Positions 15,235 through 23,963 of a stretch of DNA of 24,000 bases are shown one piece after another. Source of the DNA: Dehalococcoidia bacterium (GTDB lineage: Bacteria > Chloroflexota > Dehalococcoidia > Lucifugimonadales > CATOSD01); assembly GCA_965206395.1 (NCBI GenBank), contig CBDBJK010000024.1, forward strand, positions 1,979 to 25,978, written 5' to 3'. The position numbers and the translations under genes are program-made. The notes under the pieces are model-generated. The model saw nothing but the letters and a program-made list of their open reading frames with translations. It was not told the DNA's origin and did not search any database. Position 1 is the first letter of the stretch; every line of letters begins with the position of its first letter.

Positions 15235-15792
15235 ATGCATTGCCCGTTTTGCACTAACGACGACTCGAAGGTAATCGACTCCCGTGACACCGGCGAAAGC
15301 ATCCGGCGCAGGCGCGAATGCCTCCGGTGCGGGTTGAGATTTACCACGTACGAGCGCGTTCAAACGAGGTCGCTGCTTATAATCAAGCGCGACGGGCGGC
15401 GGGAAGAGTTCAACCGCGACAAGCTCTGGTCGAGCCTGACCACTGCCTGCGCCAAGAGACCATTGCCCATCGGCAGCATCGAGAAGGTGATAGACGAGAT
15501 AGAGACGCAGCTTTCCAACCTGGGCCGGGCCGAGATACCATCCAAAACCATCGGCGAGATGGTGATGGACAGGCTCAAGGGCCTTGACCGCGTGGCCTAC
15601 ATACGCTTCGCAAGCGTCTACCGCGACTTCAGAGACATAGAGAGCTTCAAGGAAGAGATAGAAGCCCTGCTGGAACCTCACGGGGCCGTCGTCGACGACA
15701 ACCAGCTTACTTTTCTGGAAGACGATGACCTGCCCGCCACGCCCCGTCGTCGGGGTCGGAGGCCCAACAAGCCTCAATCAGACCCCGCGTAG
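15235..15792 (+). CDS. nrdR: Transcriptional repressor NrdR (zinc ribbon + ATP-cone)
   Basis: It begins MHCPFC...DSKVIDSR...RRRRECLRCGLRFTTYE, followed by an ATP-cone (IIKRDGRREEFNRDKL...). It has an unusually long acidic/basic C-terminal tail. Confidence 0.95.
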   Translation: MHCPFCTNDDSKVIDSRDTGESIRRRRECLRCGLRFTTYERVQTRSLLIIKRDGRREEFNRDKLWSSLTTACAKRPLPIGSIEKVIDEIETQLSNLGRAEIPSKTIGEMVMDRLKGLDRVAYIRFASVYRDFRDIESFKEEIEALLEPHGAVVDDNQLTFLEDDDLPATPRRRGRRPNKPQSDPA

Positions 15793-16020
15793 GGGATTTC
15801 TGCCCGGATTTCCCCCAAAGAAACATAGACCGTATGTTCGTATTGTGTTATGCTTCGTCTGAATCCGAAATTGCCAAGAGCGTACAAAAGGGTCATAAAA
15901 ACCCTAGTGGGTAAGAGAAGAAAAGGGTTAAAAAGTAGTCTCTTGAAACCGATATGCTGACCGTTGGGCTTATTTTCTTCTAACCGTGATTAGAGATCAA
16001 TTATCAACCAGGAGCAGAAG

Positions 16021-18516
16021 ATGCTGAAAGACCAGACCTCCACAGGAACCGAAGGCTACGATAATGAGAAAAGGAGCGCCTTTACCCCGTTCATAAAGGC
16101 CAACGGGAATGGCAACGGCAATCACAATGGCAACGGTCATGCGGAAGGATTGCCAAAGGCAAGCGCGGTCAGCGAGCTATCCGAGAACGCGCGGGTCATA
16201 TTGGAGAAGCGATATCTGCGCAAGGGCGACGATGGCAAGCCCAACGAGACGCCGGAAGACCTGTTCAGAAGGGTTGCGCGCTCGGTGGCTCTTGGCGAGT
16301 CAAACCTACAACTCCGCGAGGCTTACGAAGAACGCTTCTACGACCTGATGTCGTCATTGAAGTTCATGCCCAACTCGCCCACGCTGGTCAACGCGGGCAC
16401 GGGTCGGGGCTGCCTGTCCGCCTGCTTCGTCGTGACTCCCGAAGACACGATGGACTCTATAATGGAGGTGGCCCACTCCGCCGCGATGATAGAGAAGTGG
16501 GGCGGCGGCATAGGCTTCGGCTTCTCGAAGCTGAGGCCCCGAAATGACAGCATCTCGACGACTCATGGCATGGCCTGCGGCCCAATCGCCGTAATGAAGC
16601 TATACTCGTCGGTGGGCGCGACGCTTACTCAGGGCGCGTTCCGACTGGGCGCGCACATGGGGCAGCTTCGGATTAACCACCCCGACGTTCGGGAGTTCAT
16701 CCACTGCAAAGACCATGACGACACGCTTGCGAACTTCAATATCTCACTGCAGATAACCGACGATTTCATGCGAGCCGTTGAAGCCGATGGCGATTGGGAG
16801 CTAGTCAACCCGCGAGACAACAGCGTCGTTGAGACCGTTTCCGCGCGTGCGCTCTGGGACGAAATCGCAGAGTCAGCGCACAAGACCGGCGACCCCGGCG
16901 TCGTGTTCATGGACAGAGTGTGGGAAACCGCGCCGAATCCGCAGCTAGGCCAGATCGAAACGAGCAATCCTTGTGGGGAGGAATTTTTGGAGAATTATGG
17001 CAATTGTTGCCTAGGTTCCATCAATCTAGACAGACATATTGTGTATAATCCCAACGACACTTCATCAGGCTCAAGGCAAGGCTTCGACTGGGAGAAGCTG
17101 GAAGATACTGTACGCACCGCCGTGCGCTTTCTGGATGACGTAATCGAGGTCAACCAGTTCCCGCTGGACAAGCTGCGCGATGTTAACCTTGCGACCCGAC
17201 GCATCGGACTCGGCGTCATGGGCTGGGCCGACGCCCTCGTGCGGCTCAACATTCCCTATGACGCGGATGAGGCGTTAGAGCTTGCGGACAAACTGGGCGG
17301 CTTCATCAATCAGGTTGCCTGGAACGAGTCCGCCAACCTCGCGGAGGAACGCGGCCCGTTCCCTGAGTACGAGAACTCCGCGCTCAAGCAGTGGGGCATG
17401 CCCCCGGTGCGCAACTCAAGCGTGATAACCATCGCACCCACCGGCACTATCAGCAGAATATCCGGCTGCTCAAGCGGCATAGAGCCTCACTTCGCCGCCG
17501 CGTGGTGGTCGAATGTGCTATGGGACGACGATACAGGAGGCAGCTCGCGCCTGCTCGACGCGCCCACGTCGGTCTGGGAAACGTTGATGAGCCAATTGCG
17601 AGACGAAGACAGGGTTAAGGACGTGCTAGGGCAGTTCGCTGACCATCCCGAAGACGCCGAGCGCATCTTGGGCGAGTGCGGCCTGGACGCCGCGATATTC
17701 CACACGTCTATGACTATCAGCCAGGAGCCGCACGTTCGTATGCAGGCCGCATGGCAGAAGCACGTTACCAACTCGGTGTCCAAGACCATCAACCTGCCCA
17801 ACAGCGCGACGGTGGACGACATCAAGGACGCTTTCTGGCTGGCGTGGGAGACGGATTGCAAAGCCGTTACCGTGTACCGCGACGGCTCGAAGGCGATGCA
17901 GGTGCTTGAGACGGGCGGCGCGGAAAGCGAAACAAGCGCAACCGAGGCAGGGGGAGAGCATTTGCTCGTTCCTCGACGGCGGCCCGGCTCGGTCAGAGGT
18001 ATCACAGACCGGATTCGCAGCGGCCATGGCAGCATGTACGTGACCGTCAATTTCGACGATGACGGCAAGCCGTTCGAGGTGTTTTCAACGCTGGGCAAGT
18101 CAGGAGGCTGCGACTCCGCGCACCTTGAGGGCATATCGCGCCTCGTATCGCTGGCCCTGCGCTCCGGCATAGACCCTGACCAGGTAGTAGAGCAACTGCG
18201 AGGCATCACCTGCTGTCCGGTCTGGGACGGCGGCACTCTGGTGCGCTCGACAGAGGACGCCGTGTCTCTGGCGCTGAGCCGCCACGTGCATGATGTGGAG
18301 CCGCTGCACGGGCGAGCAGAATCCAGCGAAGACTCGGCTCAGTTGGGGCTGTTTCCTTCGACTAAGGACGCCACGACGGAGGAGGGACACCTGGTAGTGC
18401 AGACCAACGGCAGCCAGGTCGCAAGCGGGGCCAGATGCCCTGAGTGCTCAGGCTTCCTGGTGCACCAGGAGGGATGCCTCCACTGCTACGACTGTGGCTA
18501 CAACAAGTGCGAATAG
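16021..18516 (+). CDS. nrdJ: Adenosylcobalamin-dependent (class II) ribonucleotide reductase
   Basis: The 831-aa product has LEKRYL, PNSPTLVNAG, an active-site NPCGE and VTVYRDGS. The C-terminal Cys cluster is CPECSGFLVHQEGCLHCYDCGYNKCE. The N-terminus carries an NGNGNGNHNGNG low-complexity tract. Confidence 0.93.
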   Translation: MLKDQTSTGTEGYDNEKRSAFTPFIKANGNGNGNHNGNGHAEGLPKASAVSELSENARVILEKRYLRKGDDGKPNETPEDLFRRVARSVALGESNLQLREAYEERFYDLMSSLKFMPNSPTLVNAGTGRGCLSACFVVTPEDTMDSIMEVAHSAAMIEKWGGGIGFGFSKLRPRNDSISTTHGMACGPIAVMKLYSSVGATLTQGAFRLGAHMGQLRINHPDVREFIHCKDHDDTLANFNISLQITDDFMRAVEADGDWELVNPRDNSVVETVSARALWDEIAESAHKTGDPGVVFMDRVWETAPNPQLGQIETSNPCGEEFLENYGNCCLGSINLDRHIVYNPNDTSSGSRQGFDWEKLEDTVRTAVRFLDDVIEVNQFPLDKLRDVNLATRRIGLGVMGWADALVRLNIPYDADEALELADKLGGFINQVAWNESANLAEERGPFPEYENSALKQWGMPPVRNSSVITIAPTGTISRISGCSSGIEPHFAAAWWSNVLWDDDTGGSSRLLDAPTSVWETLMSQLRDEDRVKDVLGQFADHPEDAERILGECGLDAAIFHTSMTISQEPHVRMQAAWQKHVTNSVSKTINLPNSATVDDIKDAFWLAWETDCKAVTVYRDGSKAMQVLETGGAESETSATEAGGEHLLVPRRRPGSVRGITDRIRSGHGSMYVTVNFDDDGKPFEVFSTLGKSGGCDSAHLEGISRLVSLALRSGIDPDQVVEQLRGITCCPVWDGGTLVRSTEDAVSLALSRHVHDVEPLHGRAESSEDSAQLGLFPSTKDATTEEGHLVVQTNGSQVASGARCPECSGFLVHQEGCLHCYDCGYNKCE

Positions 18517-18520
18517 AATA

Positions 18521-18556
18521 TTCTGCCCTGTTCTTTTGCAAGAGGACAGGGCAGAA
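18521..18556 (+). other. 11-bp-stem hairpin immediately after the nrdJ stop
   Basis: TTCTGCCCTGT-(14 nt loop)-ACAGGGCAGAA. There is no U-tract, so it is not a canonical terminator. Confidence 0.4.
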
Positions 18557-18582
18557 GGCAAGATATATACCTTAAGGAATCA

Positions 18583-18616
18583 GGGGACACGATACGTCGT
18601 GTCCCCTACTTTTTTG
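18583..18616 (+). terminator. Rho-independent terminator downstream of nrdJ
   Basis: GGGGACACGA-tacg-TCGTGTCCCC forms a 10-bp stem followed by TACTTTTTT. Confidence 0.8.
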
Positions 18617-18723
18617 CAGACGTGGAGAGTTATAATAAGATAAGTCATACACTCACTTCGGATGCAAGGCATCGGTGTATCGCGTGGCCCCAACAATTGC
18701 TGAAAATCAATCGGTGAAAGCTT

Positions 18724-19728
18724 ATGATCGAAAAGCCGTTTGTCGCCATAACAATGGGCGACCCATCTGGAATCGGGCCAGAGGTTACCGCCAAAGCCCT
18801 CCTAGACCAGCGCGTCTATGAGAAGTGCCGACCCTTCGTGATTGGCAGCGTCGCCGCTATGGACGTCGCCCTCCGGCTGATTAACGCTACGGTCTCCACT
18901 CGCGTCGCGCATTCGCTGGAAGAGGTTGTCGGACAGGCGGGCGCAATCGACGTGCTCGACCTTGAGAACCTGGACTACGCCGAAATCAGCGTTGGGCAGC
19001 TTTCTTCGGCGGCGGGCAAGGCGACCGTGGAATGGATACTCCTCGCGGGCGAGCTTGCAAGCGCAGGCCGGATACAGGCTATCGCGACTGCTCCCATCAA
19101 CAAGGAGGCGTGCGCTCTGGCTGGTCACAAGGACGTTGGTCACATGGAGATTTTCCAGCGTCAGACCGGGGCCAAAGAGGTCGCCACGATGCTGATGACG
19201 GGAACGCTGCGGGTAGTGCACCTGACGACACATCGCTCGCTGCGCGTGGCCTGCGACTACGTGACGAAGGACAACGTGCTGGCGAAGCTGAAGCTGACCG
19301 ATGAGTATTTCAAGAAATGGGGTTTCGCCGCGCCAAGAATCGGCGTTGCCGCGCTGAATCCGCACGGAAGCGATGGCGGGCTGCTTGGCGACGAGGAGGA
19401 GAAGCAGATTGCACCGGCTGTCAATGAGGCGCGCGCCATGGGAATCGACGCAACAGGGCCGGTGCCAGCCGACACGGTTTTCAACCAGGCTATCGACGGC
19501 AAGTACGACGTGACGCTGGCTATGTACCACGACCAGGGCCACATACCCATCAAAGTCCACGACTGGACGAGAAGCGTCGCCGTCAACCTGGGCTTGCCGT
19601 TTGTCAGAACGTCCGTCGATCACGGCACGGCGTTCGACATCGCGGGCAAGGGCATCGCCGACCACACGAGTATGTTGGAGTCCATCCGAGTCGCCGTAGA
19701 CCTTGCAAGCGACGGAAAGTTGATATAG
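18724..19728 (+). CDS. pdxA: PdxA-family 4-hydroxythreonine-4-phosphate dehydrogenase (or related 4-phospho-sugar-acid dehydrogenase)
   Basis: Motifs are ITMGDPSGIGPEV, ATAPINKEA, GHMEIF, LNPHGSDGG, YHDQGHIPIK and SVDHGTAFDIAGKG. Confidence 0.85.
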   Translation: MIEKPFVAITMGDPSGIGPEVTAKALLDQRVYEKCRPFVIGSVAAMDVALRLINATVSTRVAHSLEEVVGQAGAIDVLDLENLDYAEISVGQLSSAAGKATVEWILLAGELASAGRIQAIATAPINKEACALAGHKDVGHMEIFQRQTGAKEVATMLMTGTLRVVHLTTHRSLRVACDYVTKDNVLAKLKLTDEYFKKWGFAAPRIGVAALNPHGSDGGLLGDEEEKQIAPAVNEARAMGIDATGPVPADTVFNQAIDGKYDVTLAMYHDQGHIPIKVHDWTRSVAVNLGLPFVRTSVDHGTAFDIAGKGIADHTSMLESIRVAVDLASDGKLI

Positions 19729-19780
19729 CTATCGAAGCACTGAATATCAATATCCAAACTAGATTAATTACCGAACGCTT

Positions 19781-19862
19781 CACCCTCAACTCAATCCTCT
19801 CCCGTCAAGGGAGAGGAAGCTAACCCCTTCCCCCTTGACGGGGGAAGGTTGGGATGGGGGTG
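19781..19862. repeat. REP/BIME-like composite palindrome (two inverted ~36-bp units, each with its own GC hairpin)
   Basis: Hairpin 1 is CCTCTCCC-gtcaa-GGGAGAGG (19796-19816). Hairpin 2 is CCTTCCCCC-ttgac-GGGGGAAGG (19826-19848). The loops are reverse complements of each other. The outer arms CACCCTCAACTCAA and TTGGGATGGGGGTG are also imperfectly complementary. Confidence 0.7.
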
Positions 19863-19925
19863 AGACTTTAGCGGGCTATCAGGTCTGGATATTAGCATTC
19901 AAGGGTTAGTAGAAAGAAGCGTGAC

Positions 19926-20726
19926 ATGAGCATATCATTCGTAGGCGGCGGCGTCATGGCCGAGGCCATCATCGGCGGAATCCTTGAAGCCAGGCTCTCA
20001 TCGCCGGACGAAATAAAGGTCGGCGAGCCAGTAGAGGCACGCCGTTCGTATCTAGAGCAGAAGTACGGGCTAAAGGCTTATTCCGGTAATCTGGATGTCG
20101 TGAGCGGCGCGGATATAGTTGTGCTCTCTGTGAAGCCTCAGAGCCTTCCAGACGTGTTGTCGGAGCTAAAGACTGGCCTTGTGCAGGACACCGCCGTGCT
20201 GTCTATCGTCGCAGGCGCGAAGATGAAGACGCTCGTGTCTGGCTTGGGGCATTCATCCGTCATTCGGGTCATGCCCAACACGCCAGCACAGATAGGCGCG
20301 GGGATGACTGTGTGGACTGCCTCGTCCGATGTGCCTGAGGCGAAGATCGCCGCCGCGCGTGATATACTGGGCACGCTCGGCAAAGAGCTTTTCGTGAACG
20401 ACGAGAAGCTGATAGACATGGCGACGGCGTTGAGCGCCAGCGGCCCGGCCTACGTGTTTCTGTTCATTGAGGCGATGATAGACGCGGGGGTTTACCTCGG
20501 AATGCCGCGCGACATGGCTCGCACGCTGGTGCTTCAGACGGTTACCGGCAGCACAAGGCTGGTTGAGGAGTCCGGTCGCCATCCCGCCGAACTCAAGGAC
20601 ATGGTCACTTCGCCCGGCGGGACAACCATCGAAGCTGTCCTGGCATTTGAAGAAGGCGGGTTCAGGGGGACCGTCTTCCAGGCGGTCATAGCCGCCTACG
20701 AGAAGTCGAAGGAGCTGGGAGAATAG
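19926..20726 (+). CDS. proC: Pyrroline-5-carboxylate reductase
   Basis: Motifs are ISFVGGGVMAEAIIGG, VLSVKPQ, RVMPNTPAQIGAGMT and SPGGTTIEA. Confidence 0.92.
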   Translation: MSISFVGGGVMAEAIIGGILEARLSSPDEIKVGEPVEARRSYLEQKYGLKAYSGNLDVVSGADIVVLSVKPQSLPDVLSELKTGLVQDTAVLSIVAGAKMKTLVSGLGHSSVIRVMPNTPAQIGAGMTVWTASSDVPEAKIAAARDILGTLGKELFVNDEKLIDMATALSASGPAYVFLFIEAMIDAGVYLGMPRDMARTLVLQTVTGSTRLVEESGRHPAELKDMVTSPGGTTIEAVLAFEEGGFRGTVFQAVIAAYEKSKELGE

Positions 20727-20728
20727 AG

Positions 20729-20983
20729 TTGAACGAATTAATAGTCCAATTCATATCGTGGCTCGCCAATATCCTGTATCTGGCGCTTATCGGGCGGGTG
20801 ATACTTTCCTGGATCAACGTATCGCCATCGAACCCCATTGCTATTTTTATTCATCAGGTTACCGAGCCTATCCTTGCCCCGATACGGCGACTTCTTCCCA
20901 GAATGGGTATGCTGGACCTCTCGCCTATGATAGCTATTATCCTGATAACGGTCGTTCGAAGTATCATCATAGGCCAATTGTGA
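20729..20983 (+). CDS. yggT: YggT family membrane protein
   Basis: The 84-aa product has two hydrophobic segments and LIGRVILSW...PIAIFIHQVTEPILAPIRRLLP...LDLSPMIAI, typical of YggT. It has a TTG start and follows proC, as is common. Confidence 0.8.
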   Translation: MNELIVQFISWLANILYLALIGRVILSWINVSPSNPIAIFIHQVTEPILAPIRRLLPRMGMLDLSPMIAIILITVVRSIIIGQL

Positions 20984-21012
20984 TTCAAACTCTGTTGCGA
21001 ACGGGGCGATAG

Positions 21013-21273
21013 TTATCTGTCTGTCAGGCGCGTGATGATCTCGTCTTCGGTTAGACCCTCGATGTCCAGCAGCTTGTCCCGGCTCTTGTGGCCTTTGAGA
21101 ATCCTTATGTGGCTCTTGGCAACCCCCAGGCTTTTGGCAAGCAACGCCACGACGGCATCGTTGGCCCTCCCGTCCTCCGGCGCGGCGGTCACGTAGACTT
21201 TCAGCTTTGATCCTTCGACAACCTCGATGCTATTGCGCTTGGCCCTGGGCTGTACCCTAACCTGCAGCTCCAT
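21013..21273 (-). CDS. DUF167 (YggU) family protein
   Basis: The 86-aa product reads VRVQPRAKRNSIEV...LKVYVTAAPEDGRANDAVVALLAKSLGVAKSHIRILKGHKSRDK, which matches the DUF167 pattern. Confidence 0.8.
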   Translation of the reverse strand: MELQVRVQPRAKRNSIEVVEGSKLKVYVTAAPEDGRANDAVVALLAKSLGVAKSHIRILKGHKSRDKLLDIEGLTEDEIITRLTDR

Positions 21274-21292
21274 CTGAGATTACGAGCGGTGT

Positions 21293-22051
21293 CTAGCCGT
21301 GAGCGAGCGCGCCGCCGTCGATGAATATCGTCTGTCCCGTGACGAACTCGTCGGCGTCGGAAGCAAGGTAAACCAGCAGGCCGCAGAGGTCGGTTGGATG
21401 TCCCTTGCGCCTTGATGGAAGATATCTAACCAGAGGATCTCGCTTGTCCTCCTCTGTCGGCTCATCAGTCGTGAGCCAGCCCGCACCGATGGCGCTTACC
21501 CTGATGTTGCTGCGCGCCCATTCCAGGGCCAGCGCCGAGGTAAGCTGGTGTATCGCTCCTTGACTTGCGCAGGCGGCGACGGAGTTCCAGAGGCCACGCA
21601 CTGCCAGTCCTGAGCTTATATTGATGATGCGGCCCTTTCCCTGCTCTAGCATGTGCTTGCCGATCGCGTGGCAGCACAGGAACATGGAGTTGACGTTGAA
21701 GTCCATGACGGTCTTCCACTCGGCCTCTGTTACGTCGGCAAAAGGCTTGGCGAACTCGACGCGAGCGTTGTTCACGAGGATGTCCACCTTGCCGAACTCC
21801 GATACCACTTTTTGCAGCATCGAATCGATTTCCGCCGAGCTGGTCACGTCGGTTGGGACTGCCAGCGACTTTCTGCCCTGACTCTTCACTGCTTTGATCG
21901 CGTCGGCCATGTCCGATTTGTTGGAGCCTGCGACGGCAACGCCTGCGCCAGCTTCGGCCAGGGCAGAGGCGAGAAAAGGCGTCCAACCTCGTCTGTCGGC
22001 GGTGATGATGGCGACTTTACCTGTCAGATTCCACTCTTGTGGGATAGGCAT
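21293..22051 (-). CDS. SDR-fold protein with degenerate cofactor and catalytic motifs (probable non-catalytic partner subunit)
   Basis: It aligns colinearly with the neighbouring SDR. However, TGxxxGxG is TADRRGWT, NNAG is NNAR, and YxxxK is AACASQ (Tyr to Ala, Lys to Gln). The Ser in INISSG is retained. Confidence 0.75.
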   Translation of the reverse strand: MPIPQEWNLTGKVAIITADRRGWTPFLASALAEAGAGVAVAGSNKSDMADAIKAVKSQGRKSLAVPTDVTSSAEIDSMLQKVVSEFGKVDILVNNARVEFAKPFADVTEAEWKTVMDFNVNSMFLCCHAIGKHMLEQGKGRIINISSGLAVRGLWNSVAACASQGAIHQLTSALALEWARSNIRVSAIGAGWLTTDEPTEEDKRDPLVRYLPSRRKGHPTDLCGLLVYLASDADEFVTGQTIFIDGGALAHG

Positions 22052-22130
22052 GAACTTCTCCTCTCACTAATTGAAGGCCTTACTGACCTCTGCGAAAATG
22101 TCTCAGAATGCTTGATAGTATTGTTACGTT

Positions 22131-22200
22131 GTCATTCTGAATGAAACGAAGAATCTTAGCACTATGTTTAGATTCCTCGTCGCAAGCTCCTCAGAATGAC
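22131..22200. repeat. 70-bp imperfect palindromic intergenic element
   Basis: GTCATTCTGA...CGAAGAATCT-tagcactatgttt-AGATTCCTCG...TCAGAATGAC. The outer 10-bp arms are perfect. A third partial copy, CTCAGAATG, is at 22102-22110. Confidence 0.6.
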
Positions 22201-22225
22201 ATATAGCAGGTCTTTTTAAAGATTC

Positions 22226-23029
22226 CTAAATCTCCAGAGGTATCACAGGGGCGTATCCGGTTGGCGCGTAGCCGCCCGCTATTGCGCCGCCGTCAATGAT
22301 GAACATCTCGCCGTTCATGTAGTCCGACGCCGAAGACGCTAGGAACACCGCGATTGGCCCCATCTCCACAGGATCGCCGACCCTGCCGATGGGAATGAAG
22401 TCGTTTACGGGCAGACCACGTCCTCCCTCGCCTGTGGACTGAGTAGGAAGAAAGCCGGGCACAATGCAGGTGCTGGTAATGCCGTACCTGCCCAGGCTGG
22501 TCGCCAGCGTGCGCGTGAGCTGAATTACAGCGCCCTTCGCGCAGGCGTACATGTAATTGTCCCGACCGCCGCGAAGCCCGAAACCGGACGAGACGTTTAT
22601 TATTTTGCCCTGCCCCCTGTCAACCATGTGCTTTGCGACAGCGCGAGAGCAGTACAGGGAGCCGCTTATATTGGTGTCCATCCCGATTCTCCAATCCTCA
22701 TCGGTAATATCCCAGATGGGGATAGACCCCTGTTCACGAACGATGCCCGCGTTGTTCAGGAGGACATCGACTTTGCCGAACTCCTCAATGCTCCGTTCGA
22801 TGAGGCTGTTGACCTGAGTGGAGTCTGTAACGTCTGTGGCGACGGTGATTGCGCGCCTGCCCATCTTCCTCGCCTTTTCCGCTACCTCTTCGATAGGGCC
22901 TGTGCGACGCGACGCGATGACAAGGTCTGCCCCTGCCCTAGCCATCGCAAGCGTCATCTCCCTGCCCAGACCAGTGCCGCCTCCGGTAATGACAATCGAC
23001 TTGCCGTCGAGGCTTAGATTCTCAAGCAT
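22226..23029 (-). CDS. Classical short-chain dehydrogenase/reductase (FabG-like)
   Basis: Motifs are TGGGTGLG, NNAG and INVSSG...YACAKGAV (Ser-Tyr-Lys intact). The product is 267 aa. Confidence 0.85.
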   Translation of the reverse strand: MLENLSLDGKSIVITGGGTGLGREMTLAMARAGADLVIASRRTGPIEEVAEKARKMGRRAITVATDVTDSTQVNSLIERSIEEFGKVDVLLNNAGIVREQGSIPIWDITDEDWRIGMDTNISGSLYCSRAVAKHMVDRGQGKIINVSSGFGLRGGRDNYMYACAKGAVIQLTRTLATSLGRYGITSTCIVPGFLPTQSTGEGGRGLPVNDFIPIGRVGDPVEMGPIAVFLASSASDYMNGEMFIIDGGAIAGGYAPTGYAPVIPLEI

Positions 23030-23092
23030 GTTTCCCCCTTATTTCCTTGCCTTAAAATTCTAAATTGCTACCCACAGCCAGATATCTTCATA

Positions 23093-23917
23093 CTATAACG
23101 AGTGATCGGCAACCCTCTGAAGGGTTACCTCTCCGGCCACAGCCGTGAAAGTTGAGCCGTCGGGCCGCTTGAGGATGAGGTTCCCCTGTTCGTCTATGGC
23201 TTCCGCCGTGCCCTCTACCACCTGGTCTAGCCAGCGTACCTGCACAGTGCGACCCAGCGTTTCCAGGATAGCGGCCCAATCCTGAGTCAACGAGCCTCCG
23301 GCTTTGACCGTGCGATAGAGGTCATCGAAGTTCTTCAGGACGAGACGCAGCACCACCGTCCGGTCTGCCTTGTGGCCTGTTTCGCTGAACACGCTTGTGG
23401 CAAGAGAGGCAATCTCAGGAAATCGAGACGTGTCCATGTTCACGTTTACGCCAATGCCGACGATGGCGTACTTGACCTCTCTTGCTTCTATCGCCGTTTC
23501 GATCAATATGCCTGATATCTTGCGCTCGTCGATGCGAACATCGTTGGGCCACTTGACGGCTGTCTCAAGCCCTGTCACGCTTGCGACGGCCCTGGCGACC
23601 GCAAGCGTCGCCGCCATGTTCATGGATGGCAACTGAGCAGGCGCAGGCCGCAGCAACACCGAGAACGAGAGATTCTGACCATACGGCGAAACCCATGCCC
23701 GGTTGAATCTGCCTCTGCCTGCCGTCTGCTCCTCGGCTATCACGACTGTGCCTTCCGGCGCGTCCTGTTCGGCTAGCTTGCGGGCCTCGTCCATGGTAGA
23801 GCCGAGCGAGTCGTGATGGAATATCTGACGCCCTATCACGCGGTCGGACAGGGCGTGCATTACCATTTTGACATTAAGGTCTGATTCAATCAAGGCGGGT
23901 TTCAAAATTCCTATCAA
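23093..23917 (-). CDS. birA: Biotin--[acetyl-CoA-carboxylase] ligase (class I, no N-terminal HTH)
   Basis: Motifs are SLGSTMDEA, EEQTAGRGRFNRAW, KWPNDV and ISGILIE, plus a C-terminal SH3-like tail. The start is ambiguous: TTG 23917 or ATG 23866. Confidence 0.9.
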   Translation of the reverse strand: MIGILKPALIESDLNVKMVMHALSDRVIGRQIFHHDSLGSTMDEARKLAEQDAPEGTVVIAEEQTAGRGRFNRAWVSPYGQNLSFSVLLRPAPAQLPSMNMAATLAVARAVASVTGLETAVKWPNDVRIDERKISGILIETAIEAREVKYAIVGIGVNVNMDTSRFPEIASLATSVFSETGHKADRTVVLRLVLKNFDDLYRTVKAGGSLTQDWAAILETLGRTVQVRWLDQVVEGTAEAIDEQGNLILKRPDGSTFTAVAGEVTLQRVADHSL

Positions 23918-23934
23918 AACAGATTTTCGACCGG

Positions 23935-23963
23935 ATGATACTTGCGAGAAACCGGAGTGTCAA
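23935..23963 (-). promoter_or_regulatory. Sigma70-type promoter candidate for the birA-SDR-SDR-DUF167 transcription unit
   Basis: The minus strand reads TTGACA (23963-23958), a 17-nt spacer, then TATCAT (23940-23935), about 15-20 nt upstream of the birA ORF. Confidence 0.45.

Noticed and set aside
15793-16020. A cobalamin riboswitch upstream of the B12-dependent nrdJ.
   Set aside because: I could not find a B12-box-like core (the AGYCMGgAgaCCkGCc type) or the expected multi-stem architecture by eye. B12 riboswitches typically repress B12-independent alternatives rather than nrdJ.
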